DNA of 64,000 bases from Chryseobacterium gleum (GCA_945871895.1 CAMBXP010000002.1:4308-68307), one strand, 5' to 3'; counted from the first letter of the stretch, positions 9,558-22,478 are shown. Numbers and translations are program-made. The notes: generated by a model from the sequence alone, not told the origin.

Positions 9558-11444
9558 TTGACAAATTTTACAGAACTCGGATTATCGGCGCCCCTTTTGA
9601 AGGCCTTAACAGAGATGGGTATTGAAACCCCTACACCTATTCAAGAACAAGCAATACCAATACTTATAGGAGAACCACGCAACTTTATAGGCCTTGCTCA
9701 AACTGGAACAGGTAAAACAGCCGCTTTTGGCTTACCTCTTTTGGAAGTTTTGAAACCAGAATTGAGACACACACAAGCTTTAATTTTGGCGCCAACACGT
9801 GAGCTCGGACAACAAATTGCACAGCAAATTCAGTTGTTTGCTAAGTACACAAGCACTATTAGAATCGTAGTTGTTTACGGTGGAGCATCTATCGTAGAAC
9901 AAATGCGTGCACTGAAAAACACACCGCATATCATTATCGCAACGCCTGGTAGGTTAATGGATTTGATGAGCAGAAAAGCTTTATCTATTACCAACATTAG
10001 TCACGTTATTTTAGATGAGGCCGATGAAATGTTAAACATGGGCTTTAAAGAGGATATCGATGAAATTTTATCGCATACGCCAGAAGATAAAGTTACTTGG
10101 TTGTTCTCGGCAACTATGCCTAAAGACATCAGAAGAATTGTTAGCAAATACATGCCTGAGGCTGCCGAAATAGCGGTAAACAAAGGTGGTGAGATGAACA
10201 AAAAAATAAAGCATCAATATGTTGTGGTGCGTGAATCTGATAAAACAGAGGCATTAAAAAGATTTATTGAAGCTACAGAGGAAATGCGTGGTATCGTATT
10301 CTGTCGCACTAAAATTGTTACACAACAGTTGGCTGAAGATCTTAAGAAATACGACATCAAAGCTGAACCTTTACATGGAGATTTATCTCAAAGTCAGCGC
10401 GACCAAGTAATGAAACGCTTTAAAGCCGGTGGTTTGCAGGTGTTAATTGCTACAGATGTTGCTGCGCGTGGTATCGATGTAAATGACTTAACTCACGTTT
10501 TCCATCACTCATTGCCTGATAGTTTTGCGTTCTATACACATAGAAGCGGACGAACGGCTAGAGCTGGTAAAGACGGATTGTCTATCGCTTTTGTGTCGCA
10601 AGGTGATGTTAGAAAAATCAAGATGTTGGAGAGAGAATTGAAAGTTGCTTTCGATAAAGTAATGATTCCTAGTGCTAGCAATATCTTGTTGTTGAAATTA
10701 ACACAATGGGCAGAAAAAGTGGTTGCAGCAACTCCTTTGACTAAGAAAATTGAAGAAGTTGATGCTAAGGTTCAAGAGTTATTTGCAGAATTAACAAGAG
10801 AGGAATTGATTGAAAAATTAGTTTCTATTGAGTTGAAAAAATTGTCTTTCGATAACCGCGATTTAAATGGTGGTGGCGAAAGAAGAGACGATAGAAGCAG
10901 AGAAAGAGGTGACAGAGATGGTGCCCGCGAAAGAGGCGGTGATAGATTTGAAGATAGAGGCCAGGCTCGTTCAAACGGTAAAACTCGTTTCTTCATCAAT
11001 ATCGGAGAAATGGATAGAATCGACGACAGAGAGTTGATTGAATTGGTTTCTATGCAAACGCGTTTATCTATTGATGATATTAGTGTTGATAAAATAGAAG
11101 ACAAACATTCTTACTTTGAAATTACAGAACAACATTCTGAAAAAGTAATGGATGACTTCAATGGATTTACTTTTAGAGGAAGAGATATTCGTGTTGACAA
11201 AGCTGCCAGAGGTGGCGGCGGCGGCGGCCGATACGGTGGTGGTGGAAGAGGTGGATACGGCGGCGGTGGCGGTCGTGATCGTTTCAGCAGCGCTCCAAGA
11301 GGAGGTTATGGCAGAAGAGAAGGCGGAAGCGGCGGCGGTAGCCGCGACGGCGGAAGTCGTGGTGGATTTGGCGGCGGACGTAGAGAAGGTGGTAGCGGCG
11401 GAAGCGGAAGACGCGAAGGCGGTGCACCAAGAAGAAGATTTTAA
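9558..11444 (+). CDS. deaD: DEAD-box ATP-dependent RNA helicase with DbpA-like RNA-binding domain and Gly/Arg-rich C-terminal tail
   Basis: 628 aa. Q-motif (GIETPTPIQEQAIP), motif I AQTGTGKT, PTRELGQQ, DEAD (ILDEADEM), SAT, HRSGRTARAG. A DbpA-like RNA-binding domain follows. The protein ends in an RD/RE-rich stretch and then an RGG/GGY-rich low-complexity tail. Confidence 0.9.
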   Translation: MTNFTELGLSAPLLKALTEMGIETPTPIQEQAIPILIGEPRNFIGLAQTGTGKTAAFGLPLLEVLKPELRHTQALILAPTRELGQQIAQQIQLFAKYTSTIRIVVVYGGASIVEQMRALKNTPHIIIATPGRLMDLMSRKALSITNISHVILDEADEMLNMGFKEDIDEILSHTPEDKVTWLFSATMPKDIRRIVSKYMPEAAEIAVNKGGEMNKKIKHQYVVVRESDKTEALKRFIEATEEMRGIVFCRTKIVTQQLAEDLKKYDIKAEPLHGDLSQSQRDQVMKRFKAGGLQVLIATDVAARGIDVNDLTHVFHHSLPDSFAFYTHRSGRTARAGKDGLSIAFVSQGDVRKIKMLERELKVAFDKVMIPSASNILLLKLTQWAEKVVAATPLTKKIEEVDAKVQELFAELTREELIEKLVSIELKKLSFDNRDLNGGGERRDDRSRERGDRDGARERGGDRFEDRGQARSNGKTRFFINIGEMDRIDDRELIELVSMQTRLSIDDISVDKIEDKHSYFEITEQHSEKVMDDFNGFTFRGRDIRVDKAARGGGGGGRYGGGGRGGYGGGGGRDRFSSAPRGGYGRREGGSGGGSRDGGSRGGFGGGRREGGSGGSGRREGGAPRRRF

Positions 11445-11455
11445 TCTTGTTTGAA

Positions 11456-11498
11456 AAATAGAAAAGCCTCTTGATGAAAATCGAGAGGCTTTTTGTTT
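11456..11498 (+). terminator. Intrinsic terminator hairpin after the helicase gene
   Basis: AAGCCTCTTGATGAAAATCGAGAGGCTTTTTGTTT: GC-rich stem followed by a T-run. Confidence 0.6.
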
Positions 11499-11538
11499 GG
11501 GTTTTGACAAACCAAATTCTATTTATTATCTTTGACTC

Positions 11539-11778
11539 ATGAAAAAGAATGGTGACATTATTTTGTATTTCTTTTTAGGGCTTATCTGTGGAGCAGCTAT
11601 AATTTCTTCTCTTGAAAGAAGAAAATCAAGGTTGGTTGACCTGAATTCAATGAAAAATGATTTGAATGATGGTTTGACTATAGATAGGGTTAATTTGAAT
11701 TCGGATTTAAACAATATTTATGTTGATTTAAATAAATCATATGCAAGCTTAAAAAATGAAAAATCCTCAAAAGCATAA
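11539..11778 (+). CDS. Small membrane-associated hypothetical protein
   Basis: 79-aa ORF with an N-terminal hydrophobic helix. Overlaps the next ORF by 23 nt. No recognisable domain. Confidence 0.3.
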   Translation: MKKNGDIILYFFLGLICGAAIISSLERRKSRLVDLNSMKNDLNDGLTIDRVNLNSDLNNIYVDLNKSYASLKNEKSSKA

Positions 11779-12172
11779 TCAACATTCTCAGCAGACAGTT
11801 CAGTTAACTCACACTCAAGTTTCAGTAAGTCCTTTACCAAGTCCGAATGATTTAGAAAGATATGAAGTCATTAATCCTGGATTTGCAAATAGATTGATGC
11901 AGATGGCAGAAAAGGAGCAAGAGCACAGAATGAATACTCAGCTTTTCTTAATAAACACAGAAAAAACACTTCAGACAAAAGACCTCGATAATATTAGAAG
12001 AGGACAAATATTTGCTCTTGTTTCAGTTGTTTTAGTTTTGTTATTGTGTGCATATATTGCTTATGCTGGGCAAGCGCAAGAAGCTAAGTGGGTAGCTGTG
12101 TCAGTTATTGTTGGTTTAGCGGGTGTCTTTATAACTGGTAGATTAAAAAATTCTGATAAAAAGCAAAAGTAA
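11756..12172 (+). CDS. Hypothetical membrane protein (DUF2335-like)
   Basis: 138-aa ORF with a soluble N-terminal part (PNDLERYEVINPGFANRLMQMAEKEQEHRM) followed by two transmembrane helices. Confidence 0.45.
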   Translation: MKNPQKHNQHSQQTVQLTHTQVSVSPLPSPNDLERYEVINPGFANRLMQMAEKEQEHRMNTQLFLINTEKTLQTKDLDNIRRGQIFALVSVVLVLLLCAYIAYAGQAQEAKWVAVSVIVGLAGVFITGRLKNSDKKQK

Positions 12173-12187
12173 TGAAAGTTAATAAAA

Positions 12188-12218
12188 AGAAACCCCGAAG
12201 AGCAATCTTCGGGGTTTC
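12188..12218. terminator. Bidirectional intrinsic terminator between convergent genes
   Basis: AAACCCCGAAGAGCAATCTTCGGGGTTTC perfect hairpin flanked by A/T runs. Near-identical to the hairpin at 14808-14840. Confidence 0.7.
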
Positions 12219-12270
12219 TGTATTCTATTTTGATTCTTGATATTGCCTGTTACGATGCGAACGGACTCCG

Positions 12271-13986
<1,716 letters not shown>

Positions 13987-14003
13987 TTAACGTTTAATAT
14001 TTT

Positions 14004-14789
14004 ATGAAATCATTTATTACCCGTCAATCAAAAAAAATGGCCGTTTTGGCATTAGCTGTTGGATTAATGGCTACTTCATGTAACAAAGATAAAGATGCTC
14101 CGGCATTACCAGCTGCAACATCAATGGAATTCAGTTCAACAAGTTTATCTGGAAGTAAAAAAACTGATGGATTGGCTTATGACTTAGTTTCTTTTGGAAT
14201 GACTTATTGGAACACTGTTATTGCCGCAAATATAGCTGTGCCAGTGGCATCGTTTAAAGAAGCTTTCAATCATGAAGCTAAATATTCATCAAAAGACAAA
14301 GATTATGTTTGGTCTTATGATGTTGTGGTTAACAATATTAAGTACACAGCTAACCTTCACGGTAAGGTTGATGGTGATAATGTAGCATGGAAAATGTTGG
14401 TTTCTCAACAAGGAGGTTTTCAGGATTACGAATGGTACACAGGTACTTCAAAAGTAGATGGTACTTCTGGTCAGTGGAAATTAAATAGAGGTGCAACTTC
14501 TGGCACAGTGACTTACTTAACCATTGATTGGACTAACAATTCTTCTAATTCTACGCATTCTACTAAATTTACATTGAGCGACGCAAATGATGTGAATTTT
14601 GGAAATTATATCAATTACTATGTAAACACTGATGCTGAGTTTAATGGACATTATGATGTTTATGACGCTGTAAAGAAAGAATTAATTCAAATCATGTGGA
14701 GCACTGCCGATAGACATGGTAAAGTGATTGGCGCTGATTTGGAAAGTAGCTGCTGGGATTCTGCTACAAACGATGTGAATTGCAACTAA
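14004..14789 (+). CDS. Hypothetical lipoprotein
   Basis: 261 aa. Signal peptide with lipobox (LMATSC). No recognisable domain. Confidence 0.5.
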   Translation: MKSFITRQSKKMAVLALAVGLMATSCNKDKDAPALPAATSMEFSSTSLSGSKKTDGLAYDLVSFGMTYWNTVIAANIAVPVASFKEAFNHEAKYSSKDKDYVWSYDVVVNNIKYTANLHGKVDGDNVAWKMLVSQQGGFQDYEWYTGTSKVDGTSGQWKLNRGATSGTVTYLTIDWTNNSSNSTHSTKFTLSDANDVNFGNYINYYVNTDAEFNGHYDVYDAVKKELIQIMWSTADRHGKVIGADLESSCWDSATNDVNCN

Positions 14790-14807
14790 AAAAAGACTTA
14801 CTAAAAG

Positions 14808-14840
14808 AAAACCCCGAAGAGAAATTTTCGGGGTTTTCTT
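14808..14840. terminator. Bidirectional intrinsic terminator
   Basis: AAAACCCCGAAGAGAAATTTTCGGGGTTTTCTTTTTT. Paralogous to the hairpin at 12188-12218. Confidence 0.7.
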
Positions 14841-14842
14841 TT

Positions 14843-15736
14843 TTATTTTAAAAACTGAGGGGAGACTTGTAAGTCCTTGTTCTCTGTATTGTAAATGTAA
14901 AAACCTTCTTTTGTTTTGGCACCCAATTTACCAGCTTGAACCATGTTTACCAATAGCGGACAAGCGGCATATTTTGGATTGCCAAAGCCTTCGTAAAGTA
15001 CTTTTAAGATCGATAAACATACGTCCAAACCAATAAAATCGGCTAATTGTAGCGGTCCCATAGGGTGAGCCATACCTAACTTCATAATGTTGTCTATTTC
15101 TGCTACTCCAGCTACTCCTTCGTGCAAAGTATAAATGGCTTCATTGATCATTGGCATAAGTATTCTGTTGGCTACAAAACCAGGGTAGTCGTTGGCGCAA
15201 ACAGCAATCTTATCGAGTTTTGCTGAAATAGCTAAAACATTGTCGGTGGTTTCTTTAGAGGTAGAAAAGCCCTTGATGACTTCAACTAATTTCATTAAAG
15301 GTACGGGATTCATAAAATGCATTCCAATTACTTTATCAGCTCGTTTAGTAACAGAAGCAATTTTAGTAATAGAAATTGATGAGGTGTTAGAAGCTAAAAT
15401 GGTGTTGGCTGCGGTAAACTCATCCAACTCTTTAAATATTTTCAGCTTACTGTCTATGTTTTCCGATGCTGCTTCAACCACAAGTTCAGCATCTTTTACT
15501 CCATCTTGCAAAGAAGTGTAAGTAGTGATATTGTTTAAAGTTGATTTTTTTTGCTCTTCATTGATGAGTTCCTTTTTCACCATTCTATCTAAATTCTTGT
15601 CGATGTTGACAAGTGCTTTTTTTAATGCCTCCTCTGAAATATCTATTAAAGAAACCTCAAAGCCTTTTTGAGCAAAGCAATGCGCTATGCCGTTACCCAT
15701 CGTTCCAGAACCTATAACTGCTACTTTTGTTATCAT
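14843..15736 (-). CDS. 3-hydroxyacyl-CoA / 3-hydroxybutyryl-CoA dehydrogenase
   Basis: 297 aa. N-terminal Rossmann motif VAVIGSGTMGNGIA. Conserved HFMNP and 3HCDH C-terminal domain. Confidence 0.85.
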   Translation of the reverse strand: MITKVAVIGSGTMGNGIAHCFAQKGFEVSLIDISEEALKKALVNIDKNLDRMVKKELINEEQKKSTLNNITTYTSLQDGVKDAELVVEAASENIDSKLKIFKELDEFTAANTILASNTSSISITKIASVTKRADKVIGMHFMNPVPLMKLVEVIKGFSTSKETTDNVLAISAKLDKIAVCANDYPGFVANRILMPMINEAIYTLHEGVAGVAEIDNIMKLGMAHPMGPLQLADFIGLDVCLSILKVLYEGFGNPKYAACPLLVNMVQAGKLGAKTKEGFYIYNTENKDLQVSPQFLK

Positions 15737-15838
15737 GATGTTATTTGATTATCCATCTAAAATAGAAATTTTTAATGGGCTTGTAACTTTTCCTTGTCGA
15801 GATTGTCTTAGCTACAAGAAACCTTAAAACGGAAAGTT

Positions 15839-15982
15839 ATGAATGAACTAATTAAAAAGTACCAACGCCAGCAGGTGGAGGAGTTTTTGAAAAACAATCC
15901 GGACTTAAGAAAGATTAAAGCCTTGGACCTTAAAATTGCTCAAGCTAAGAAAAAGTACGTTGAAGAGCTTAAGTACAAATAG
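15839..15982 (+). CDS. Possible small protein (47 aa, lysine-rich, coiled-coil-like)
   Basis: ATG-initiated ORF MNELIKKYQRQQVEEFLKNNPDLRKIKALDLKIAQAKKKYVEELKYK in an otherwise empty 350-bp intergenic region. No homology recognised. Confidence 0.2.
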   Translation: MNELIKKYQRQQVEEFLKNNPDLRKIKALDLKIAQAKKKYVEELKYK

Positions 15983-16087
15983 GTTAAAGGCTATACACGA
16001 AACATTTACTGAATTGCAGGCAATCTCCACGGTTGCCTGTTTTTCATTCTAATTAACCGTAATTTTCTAATAAAAAAACAATTAATA

Positions 16088-16492
16088 GTGGCGTTCTATC
16101 ATTCGCTTAATTACTTTTGTTCTATGAATAAAATACTTTTATCGGTTTCTCTATTTGCCGCACTTTGCGGATGTACCACAGATACCAAGAACCGACATGT
16201 TTTTCATTATACAATAACTGGTAGTAATATTAAGGCTGTTGATTTGTATGGTAAAATGGGACCTGGTATTGAGTTTAACTCAAAAGAAGTCGATATTCCT
16301 TTTGAGGTTAGTCATGAAGTGTATTATGTGGGCGAACCTTTAGAGTATGAATTAAGAATTAGTGATGGCGATACTGCTCATAAATACGATGTTAAGGTAT
16401 TCATAGATGATAATTTGATCAACAGTAATAACGTGTATGATAATTCCTTTAAACCAGCAAGAATAGCGGTGAAGGGTACTTATGTTCAGTAA
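16088..16492 (+). CDS. Hypothetical lipoprotein
   Basis: 134 aa. Signal peptide with lipobox (ALCGC). No recognisable domain. Confidence 0.45.
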   Translation: MAFYHSLNYFCSMNKILLSVSLFAALCGCTTDTKNRHVFHYTITGSNIKAVDLYGKMGPGIEFNSKEVDIPFEVSHEVYYVGEPLEYELRISDGDTAHKYDVKVFIDDNLINSNNVYDNSFKPARIAVKGTYVQ

Positions 16493-16512
16493 ATATAAAA
16501 CGGATTTAAATA

Positions 16513-16544
16513 AAAAAGCCCCCGTTAGTCAACGGGGGCTTTTT
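16513..16544. terminator. Intrinsic terminator shared by convergent genes
   Basis: AAAAAGCCCCCGTTAGTCAACGGGGGCTTTTTGTT. Confidence 0.7.
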
Positions 16545-16545
16545 G

Positions 16546-19113
16546 TTATTCACCTTCTTGTTCAGGTTCTTCTTTTGTTTTCTTCTTTGAATTCTTTGGT
16601 TTGGTAATCTTCAAAGTGATTTCGTTTTTCTCTTTGTCGAAATCAACTTGAATAGAATCACCTTCCTTCAAATTAGATTTGATGATTTCCTCAGCAACGG
16701 CATCTTCCAAATATTTTTGGATAGCACGTTTCAACGGACGAGCACCATATTCGCTATCGAATCCTTTGTTCTCAATATAATCTTTAGCTTCAGTAGAAAC
16801 TTTTAAAGATAAACCAAGTGCAGAAACTCTTTTGTATAATTTCTCTAGCTCAAGATCGATAATTTGGTGAATGTCTTCTTTGTTTAAAGAGTTAAACAAG
16901 ATTACATCATCAATTCTATTTAAGAACTCAGGCGCGAATGATTTTTTCAATGCGCCTGTGATTACGCTTTTCGCGTTTTCATCGGCTGCAGTTAATTTTG
17001 CATTCGTTTGGAAACCTACACCTGTGCCAAACTCTTTCAACTTACGAGTACCAATGTTAGAAGTCATAATGATTACAGAATTCTTGAAATCGATTTTTCT
17101 TCCAAGGCTATCCGTCATTTGTCCGTCATCCAAAGCTTGTAACAACAAGTTGAAAACATCGGGATGCGCTTTTTCAATCTCATCTAACAAGATGATAGAA
17201 TATGGTTTTCTTCTAACTTTTTCGGTTAACTGTCCGCCTTCTTCATAACCAACGTATCCTGGAGGTGCTCCAATCAATCTAGAAATAGCAAATTTCTCCA
17301 TGTATTCACTCATGTCAATACGAATCATTGCATCTTCAGTATCGAATAAGAATTTAGCCAATTCTTTAGCCAATTGAGTTTTACCAACCCCAGTAGGACC
17401 CAAGAAAATAAAGGAACCAATTGGTTTATTAGGATCTTTCAATCCGGCACGGTTACGTTGAATCGCTTTAACTACTTTGTCAATAGCATCGGCTTGCCCA
17501 ATTACCTTACCTTTCAATTCCTCAGGCATTCTAGATAACTTGCCGCTTTCTTTTTCGGCGATACGTTGCGTTGGTATACCAGTCATCATACCAATTACTT
17601 CAGCAACATCGTCTTCGTTTACTGTTTCGCGGTTGTTTTTAGTATCTTCTTCCCAACGTTTTTTAGCTTCTTCTAATTTTTCAATCGACTGACGTTCTTT
17701 ATCTCTTAAACGAGCTGCCTCTTCGTATTTTTGAGATTTCACCACTTTATTTTTCTCTTCCTTGATTCCTTCAATATCTTTTTCGATATCTAAGATTTCT
17801 TTAGGAACATTAATGTTGGTGATGTGCACACGAGAACCAGCCTCATCTAAAGCATCAATAGCTTTATCTGGCAAATGACGATCGGTAATGTATCTCGCAG
17901 AAAGTTTAACGCAAGCAGCGATAGCTTCTGGAGTATAGATTACGTTGTGGTGATCTTCGTATTTCTCTTTAATATTATTCAAAATTTGAATGGTCTCCTC
18001 TACAGTAGTAGGTTCAACTACTACTTTTTGGAATCTTCTTTCCAAAGCACCATCTTTTTCGATGTACTGACGGTGCTCATCTAAAGTAGTAGCACCAATA
18101 CATTGCAGTTCACCACGAGCTAAAGCTGGTTTGAACATGTTAGATGCGTCTAATGAACCAGAAGCTCCACCAGCACCAATGATAGTATGAATCTCATCAA
18201 TGAAAAGAATTACTTCTGGCGATTTCTCTAATTCGTTCATCACCGCTTTCATTCTCTCTTCGAATTGTCCGCGATACTTAGTACCCGCCACCAAAGAAGC
18301 TAAATCTAAAGTAACGATTCGTTTACCGAACAATACTCTAGACACTTTTCTTTGAATGATTCTTAAAGCTAAACCTTCGGCTATGGCTGATTTACCCACA
18401 CCTGGCTCACCAATTAATATCGGATTGTTCTTTTTTCTTCTACTTAAGATTTGAGAAACTCTCTCAATTTCTTTTTCTCTACCTACGATAGGGTCTAATC
18501 TGCCCTCGATAGCCATTTTAGTAAGGTCTCTGCCGAAGTTGTCTAGAACTGGAGTTTTAGATTTGGTATCGACTGGTTTTTTGGCTGCCGGACCAGAAGA
18601 GAATTCATTGGCATCGTCATCATTATCGTCATCGGCAGGAGTTCCTGGCAATTCAGATTTAGGGCCTGTTTCGGTTTCGTCTTCTACTACGTGCATTTCT
18701 TCTTTGATTGAATCGTAATCGATGTTGTAGTCATCAAATACTTTGGTTATTATATTGTCTTCATCTTTTAAAATGGATAAAAGCAAATGTTCTGTACCTA
18801 TCATCTGACTTTTAAAAAGCTTTGCTTCCAGGTAAGTAATTTTAAGTGCTCTTTCGGCTTGCTTCACCAAGGGAATATTTCCTGGTTGGTTAAAATTCTT
18901 AGATTTCGATTTGATATTGGTCTCGATAGATTTTCTCAACTCAGCCAAATCAACTTTAAGGTTCTTCAAAATTTTAACCGCATTACCTTCTCCTTCGCGC
19001 AAAATACCTAAAAAAAGGTGCTCTACGCCAATGTAATCGTGACCCAAACGAAGAGCTTCCTCTCTGCTGTAGGTGATGACATCTTTGACTCTTGGTGAAA
19101 ACTTTGCTTCCAT
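16546..19113 (-). CDS. clpC: Clp/Hsp100 AAA+ chaperone (ClpC/ClpB type) with double Clp_N repeat and two AAA modules
   Basis: 855 aa. Clp_N repeats ([19 protein letters not shown]; [19 protein letters not shown]). D1 [16 protein letters not shown] short middle domain, then D2 [15 protein letters not shown] and a sensor-2 region. The short middle domain favours ClpC over ClpB. Confidence 0.85.
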   Translation of the reverse strand: MEAKFSPRVKDVITYSREEALRLGHDYIGVEHLFLGILREGEGNAVKILKNLKVDLAELRKSIETNIKSKSKNFNQPGNIPLVKQAERALKITYLEAKLFKSQMIGTEHLLLSILKDEDNIITKVFDDYNIDYDSIKEEMHVVEDETETGPKSELPGTPADDDNDDDANEFSSGPAAKKPVDTKSKTPVLDNFGRDLTKMAIEGRLDPIVGREKEIERVSQILSRRKKNNPILIGEPGVGKSAIAEGLALRIIQRKVSRVLFGKRIVTLDLASLVAGTKYRGQFEERMKAVMNELEKSPEVILFIDEIHTIIGAGGASGSLDASNMFKPALARGELQCIGATTLDEHRQYIEKDGALERRFQKVVVEPTTVEETIQILNNIKEKYEDHHNVIYTPEAIAACVKLSARYITDRHLPDKAIDALDEAGSRVHITNINVPKEILDIEKDIEGIKEEKNKVVKSQKYEEAARLRDKERQSIEKLEEAKKRWEEDTKNNRETVNEDDVAEVIGMMTGIPTQRIAEKESGKLSRMPEELKGKVIGQADAIDKVVKAIQRNRAGLKDPNKPIGSFIFLGPTGVGKTQLAKELAKFLFDTEDAMIRIDMSEYMEKFAISRLIGAPPGYVGYEEGGQLTEKVRRKPYSIILLDEIEKAHPDVFNLLLQALDDGQMTDSLGRKIDFKNSVIIMTSNIGTRKLKEFGTGVGFQTNAKLTAADENAKSVITGALKKSFAPEFLNRIDDVILFNSLNKEDIHQIIDLELEKLYKRVSALGLSLKVSTEAKDYIENKGFDSEYGARPLKRAIQKYLEDAVAEEIIKSNLKEGDSIQVDFDKEKNEITLKITKPKNSKKKTKEEPEQEGE

Positions 19114-19292
19114 AATAAATCGTTGTTAATATAGGATAAGGGTAAAGATATTCAAAAATAAGAATACCAATAGTTTTAAGCCCTTTTTTCAATTGTTAAT
19201 TTCTAACAAAAATTTGTTAGTAAGTGAGGCATAAAAAATTCTGTAATTGGAGCCTCGATTTAGTATTTTCGTTGCCCGTTAATGAGTTTAAG

Positions 19293-19316
19293 GTTCAATG
19301 TTTAATGTTCAATGTT
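19293..19316. repeat. Tandem TTCAATGTT(T)AA repeat (family copy 1)
   Basis: GTTCAATGTTTAATGTTCAATGTT is identical to the reverse complement of the right arm of the inverted element at 33011-33041. Confidence 0.6.
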
Positions 19317-19369
19317 GTTTGGACTTTAAAATTTAAACCTTAAAATTTAAACCTTATATTATTGTATCT

Positions 19370-21931
19370 ATGGCTGAAGGCGAAAAAATTATTAGAGTAG
19401 ACATTGAAGATCAAATGAAATCATCTTACATCGATTACTCGATGTCGGTGATTGTTTCTCGTGCGTTACCTGATGTGCGTGATGGTTTGAAACCAGTACA
19501 CAGAAGAGTGTTGTTTGGTATGCTAGAGTTGGGCGTTTTGTCTAATCGTGCTTATAAAAAATCAGCGAGAATCGTTGGAGAGGTATTAGGAAAGTATCAC
19601 CCACACGGTGATACCTCAGTATATGACGCCATGGTGCGTATGGCGCAAGAGTGGTCGTTGAGATATCCACTAGTCGACGGACAAGGTAACTACGGTTCTG
19701 TAGATGGTGATAGTCCGGCAGCAATGCGTTACACCGAAGCTCGTTTGCAAAAAATTGCAGAAGAGATGATTCGTGATATCGACAAAGAAACAGTTGATTT
19801 CTCTTTAAACTTTGATGATACTTTACAAGAGCCTACGGTTATGCCAACGGTTCTTCCCAACTTATTGGTGAATGGTGCTTCTGGTATTGCCGTAGGTATG
19901 GCTACCAATATGCCTCCTCACAACTTAACAGAAATTATCAACGGCATCGTTGCTTATATTGAAAACAACGATGTTACAATTGCCGATTTAATGCAATTTG
20001 TAAAAGCTCCCGATTTCCCTACTGGCGGTACCATTTACGGTTACGACGGTGTGAAAGAAGCTTTTGAAACAGGAAGAGGTAGAGTTGTTTTACGCGCTAA
20101 ATCAGAGATTGAAGTAGAAGGCGGACGCGAAAGAATCATCGTTACTGAGATTCCTTACCAAGTGAATAAGGCAGAGATGATTAAAAAAACTGCCGACTTG
20201 ATCAACGACAAAAAATTAGAAGGTATCTCTGATATTCGCGATGAGTCGGATAGAAGCGGTATGCGTATCGTTTACGAAATTAAAAACAATGCCATTACCA
20301 ATGTGGTGTTGAATAGCTTATACAAATACACAGCATTACAATCTTCTTTTAGCGTGAACAACATTTGTTTGGTAGCGGGTCGTCCTCGCCTATTGAACTT
20401 AAAAGAAATGATTGCTTGCTTCGTTGAGCATCGTCATGAAGTGGTGGTTAGAAGAACGCAATTCGACTTAAGAAAAGCAGAAGAAAGAGCACATATTTTA
20501 GAAGGTTTAATCATTGCTTCAGATAACATCGACGAAGTAATTGCTTTAATTAAAGCGTCTAAATCTCCAGATGAAGCGCGTGAGAAATTAATTGAGCGCT
20601 TTAAATTAAGCGACATCCAATCTCGCGCTATTGTAGAGATGAGATTGCGTCAGTTAACTGGCCTCGAGCAAGATAAATTGCGTGCTGAGTACGAAGAGAT
20701 TATGGCCTTCATCAAAGAATGTCAAGATATTTTGGCTTCTAAAGAAAGACGTTTTGAAATCATCAAAGCCGAGTTAATAGAGTTGAGAGATAAATTTGGT
20801 GATGGTAGAAAAACAGAGATTGATTTCTCTGGTGGTGACTTTAGAGTAGAAGATATTATTCCTAATAAAGAAGTGGTAGTAACTATTTCTCATTTGGGTT
20901 ACATTAAGAGAACAGAATTGACAGAATACCGCCGTCAAGGTAGAGGTGGAGTTGGTTCTAAAGGATCTGCAACAAGAGATGAAGATTTCTTAGAGCATTT
21001 GTTTATCGCTAAAAACCACGATTGGTTGCTGGTGTTCACAGAAAAAGGAAAATGTTTCTGGATGAGAATTTTCGATATTCCCGAAGGAACTAAAATCTCA
21101 AAAGGAAGAGCTATCCAAAACTTAATCAACTTAGAGCGCGACGATAAGATGATGGCGTATATTAATGTAGGTGATTTAAAAGATGAAACGTACACTAATA
21201 ACAATTTCATCATTATGGTAACCAAGCAAGGCATCATCAAGAAAACAAGCTTAGAAGCTTACTCTCGTCCGCGTGCAAATGGTATTAACGCTATCAATGT
21301 TCGCGAAGGCGATCAATTGCTAGAAGCAAGATTAACAACAGGAAGCAACGAGATATTAATCGCTATCAAATCGGGTAGATGCATTCGTTTCAATGAATCA
21401 ACTGTTCGTCCGATGGGTAGAAATGCAACTGGTGTTCGTGGTGTTAACATGGATGACGATAAAGATGAAGTGGTTGGAATGATTGCTATTCAAGATCCAT
21501 CTAAAGAATCGGTATTGGTTGTTTCAGGAAAAGGATATGGTAAACGTACTTTATTGAACGACCCAGAAGATGGTGAGCCAATTTACAGAATCACCAACCG
21601 TGGTGGTAAAGGGGTTAAAACATTGAATATTACAGATAAAACCGGACCATTGGTAGCATTGAAAAGCGTAACAGATGAAGATGATTTAATGATCATCAAC
21701 CGTTCTGGTATTGCTATTCGTATTGCTGTGGCCGAATTGAGATTGATGGGTAGAGCAACACAAGGTGTTAAACTTATCAACTTAAGAGGTAGCGATGAAA
21801 TTGCTGCTGTAGCTAAAGTACCTGCTTCTGATGAAGAAGAAATAGCAGAAGGTGAAGGCGGAGCAGTAGAAGGTGGTGAAGAAGGTGAAGCACCTGCTGA
21901 ATCAGCTTCTGAAGAACCATCTGCAGAATAA
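19370..21931 (+). CDS. gyrA: DNA gyrase subunit A
   Basis: 853 aa. Conserved GyrA N-terminus ([29 protein letters not shown]), the QRDR region ([20 protein letters not shown]), a beta-pinwheel C-terminal domain, and an acidic Glu-rich tail. Confidence 0.95.
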   Translation: MAEGEKIIRVDIEDQMKSSYIDYSMSVIVSRALPDVRDGLKPVHRRVLFGMLELGVLSNRAYKKSARIVGEVLGKYHPHGDTSVYDAMVRMAQEWSLRYPLVDGQGNYGSVDGDSPAAMRYTEARLQKIAEEMIRDIDKETVDFSLNFDDTLQEPTVMPTVLPNLLVNGASGIAVGMATNMPPHNLTEIINGIVAYIENNDVTIADLMQFVKAPDFPTGGTIYGYDGVKEAFETGRGRVVLRAKSEIEVEGGRERIIVTEIPYQVNKAEMIKKTADLINDKKLEGISDIRDESDRSGMRIVYEIKNNAITNVVLNSLYKYTALQSSFSVNNICLVAGRPRLLNLKEMIACFVEHRHEVVVRRTQFDLRKAEERAHILEGLIIASDNIDEVIALIKASKSPDEAREKLIERFKLSDIQSRAIVEMRLRQLTGLEQDKLRAEYEEIMAFIKECQDILASKERRFEIIKAELIELRDKFGDGRKTEIDFSGGDFRVEDIIPNKEVVVTISHLGYIKRTELTEYRRQGRGGVGSKGSATRDEDFLEHLFIAKNHDWLLVFTEKGKCFWMRIFDIPEGTKISKGRAIQNLINLERDDKMMAYINVGDLKDETYTNNNFIIMVTKQGIIKKTSLEAYSRPRANGINAINVREGDQLLEARLTTGSNEILIAIKSGRCIRFNESTVRPMGRNATGVRGVNMDDDKDEVVGMIAIQDPSKESVLVVSGKGYGKRTLLNDPEDGEPIYRITNRGGKGVKTLNITDKTGPLVALKSVTDEDDLMIINRSGIAIRIAVAELRLMGRATQGVKLINLRGSDEIAAVAKVPASDEEEIAEGEGGAVEGGEEGEAPAESASEEPSAE

Positions 21932-21948
21932 TTCATAAAATTTAATTT

Positions 21949-21988
21949 AAAAAGCCCTTTCGTTTTCTAGCGAAAGGGCTTTTTTTTT
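21949..21988 (+). terminator. Intrinsic terminator after gyrA
   Basis: AAAAGCCCTTTCGTTTTCTAGCGAAAGGGCTTTTTTTTT. Confidence 0.7.
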
Positions 21989-22047
21989 GACTCTACACAA
22001 TACAATTTCTAAGCATCGCGTTACCCTTAAAACAAATACTTTTGCTT

Positions 22048-22269
22048 ATGCATAAACTTTTTACTCAGGAAAATTTAGTTAATGAAATTGATGCAACACT
22101 GGACCAACTGTTAGAGTTAGCTGCTATGCCAGACGACTACAGTAATGTAGAAGCAGATGATTTCGAAGTGCCCGGTGACCATTGTATCAACAATATCATC
22201 AATTATTCGAAAGCCTTAAGCGTACGTAATTCTAGAATGTTGGATAAGGTGAGCTTGTTGCTAAATTAG
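22048..22269 (+). CDS. Small hypothetical protein
   Basis: ORF preceded by TACTTTTG -7 box at 22037-22044. The listed start at 22042 is a TTG; the ATG at 22048 is more likely. The 3' end and terminator of this gene are duplicated 1.4 kb downstream. Confidence 0.4.
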   Translation: MHKLFTQENLVNEIDATLDQLLELAAMPDDYSNVEADDFEVPGDHCINNIINYSKALSVRNSRMLDKVSLLLN

Positions 22270-22325
22270 TTGGTTGATATTGACTATTGAAAAGCGCTTA
22301 GGGTAAAGGGTCCCTAGGCGCTTTT
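22195..22325 (+). repeat. 131-bp direct repeat, copy 1 (3' end of the ORF at 22048-22269 plus its terminator hairpin)
   Basis: Matches 23658-23788 with 3 mismatches. Contains the hairpin AAAAGCGCTTAGGGTAAAGGGTCCCTAGGCGCTTTT. Confidence 0.85.
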
Positions 22326-22478
22326 ATTTATACATTAAAATATACAACACAAAGCTTTCAAATCAAACAAATGCTTTTTAAAAACATATAATTTGTCCCT
22401 CAATACCTCGGCTATAAGAAGTTGGCGATTTCGAAGCAGAAAAACTTGGGCGCTGTCCCTCAATACCCTTAAATTATT

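Noticed and set aside
11064-11510. 148-aa and 100-aa ORFs (11064-11510 minus, 11152-11454 plus) overlapping the helicase 3' end
   Set aside because: Their low-complexity Ala/Ser/Thr-rich translations are artefacts of the GGN-repeat DNA that encodes the helicase RGG tail.
21583-21936. 117-aa antisense ORF over the gyrA 3' end
   Set aside because: Reverse-frame reading of the GAA/GGT-rich acidic-tail codons. Low-complexity product.
22042-22047. TTG start of the 75-aa ORF as listed in the ORF track
   Set aside because: The TTG overlaps the -7 promoter box, so the ATG at 22048 is the more plausible start. The ORF track evidently allows TTG starts, as also seen at 23297 and 23795.
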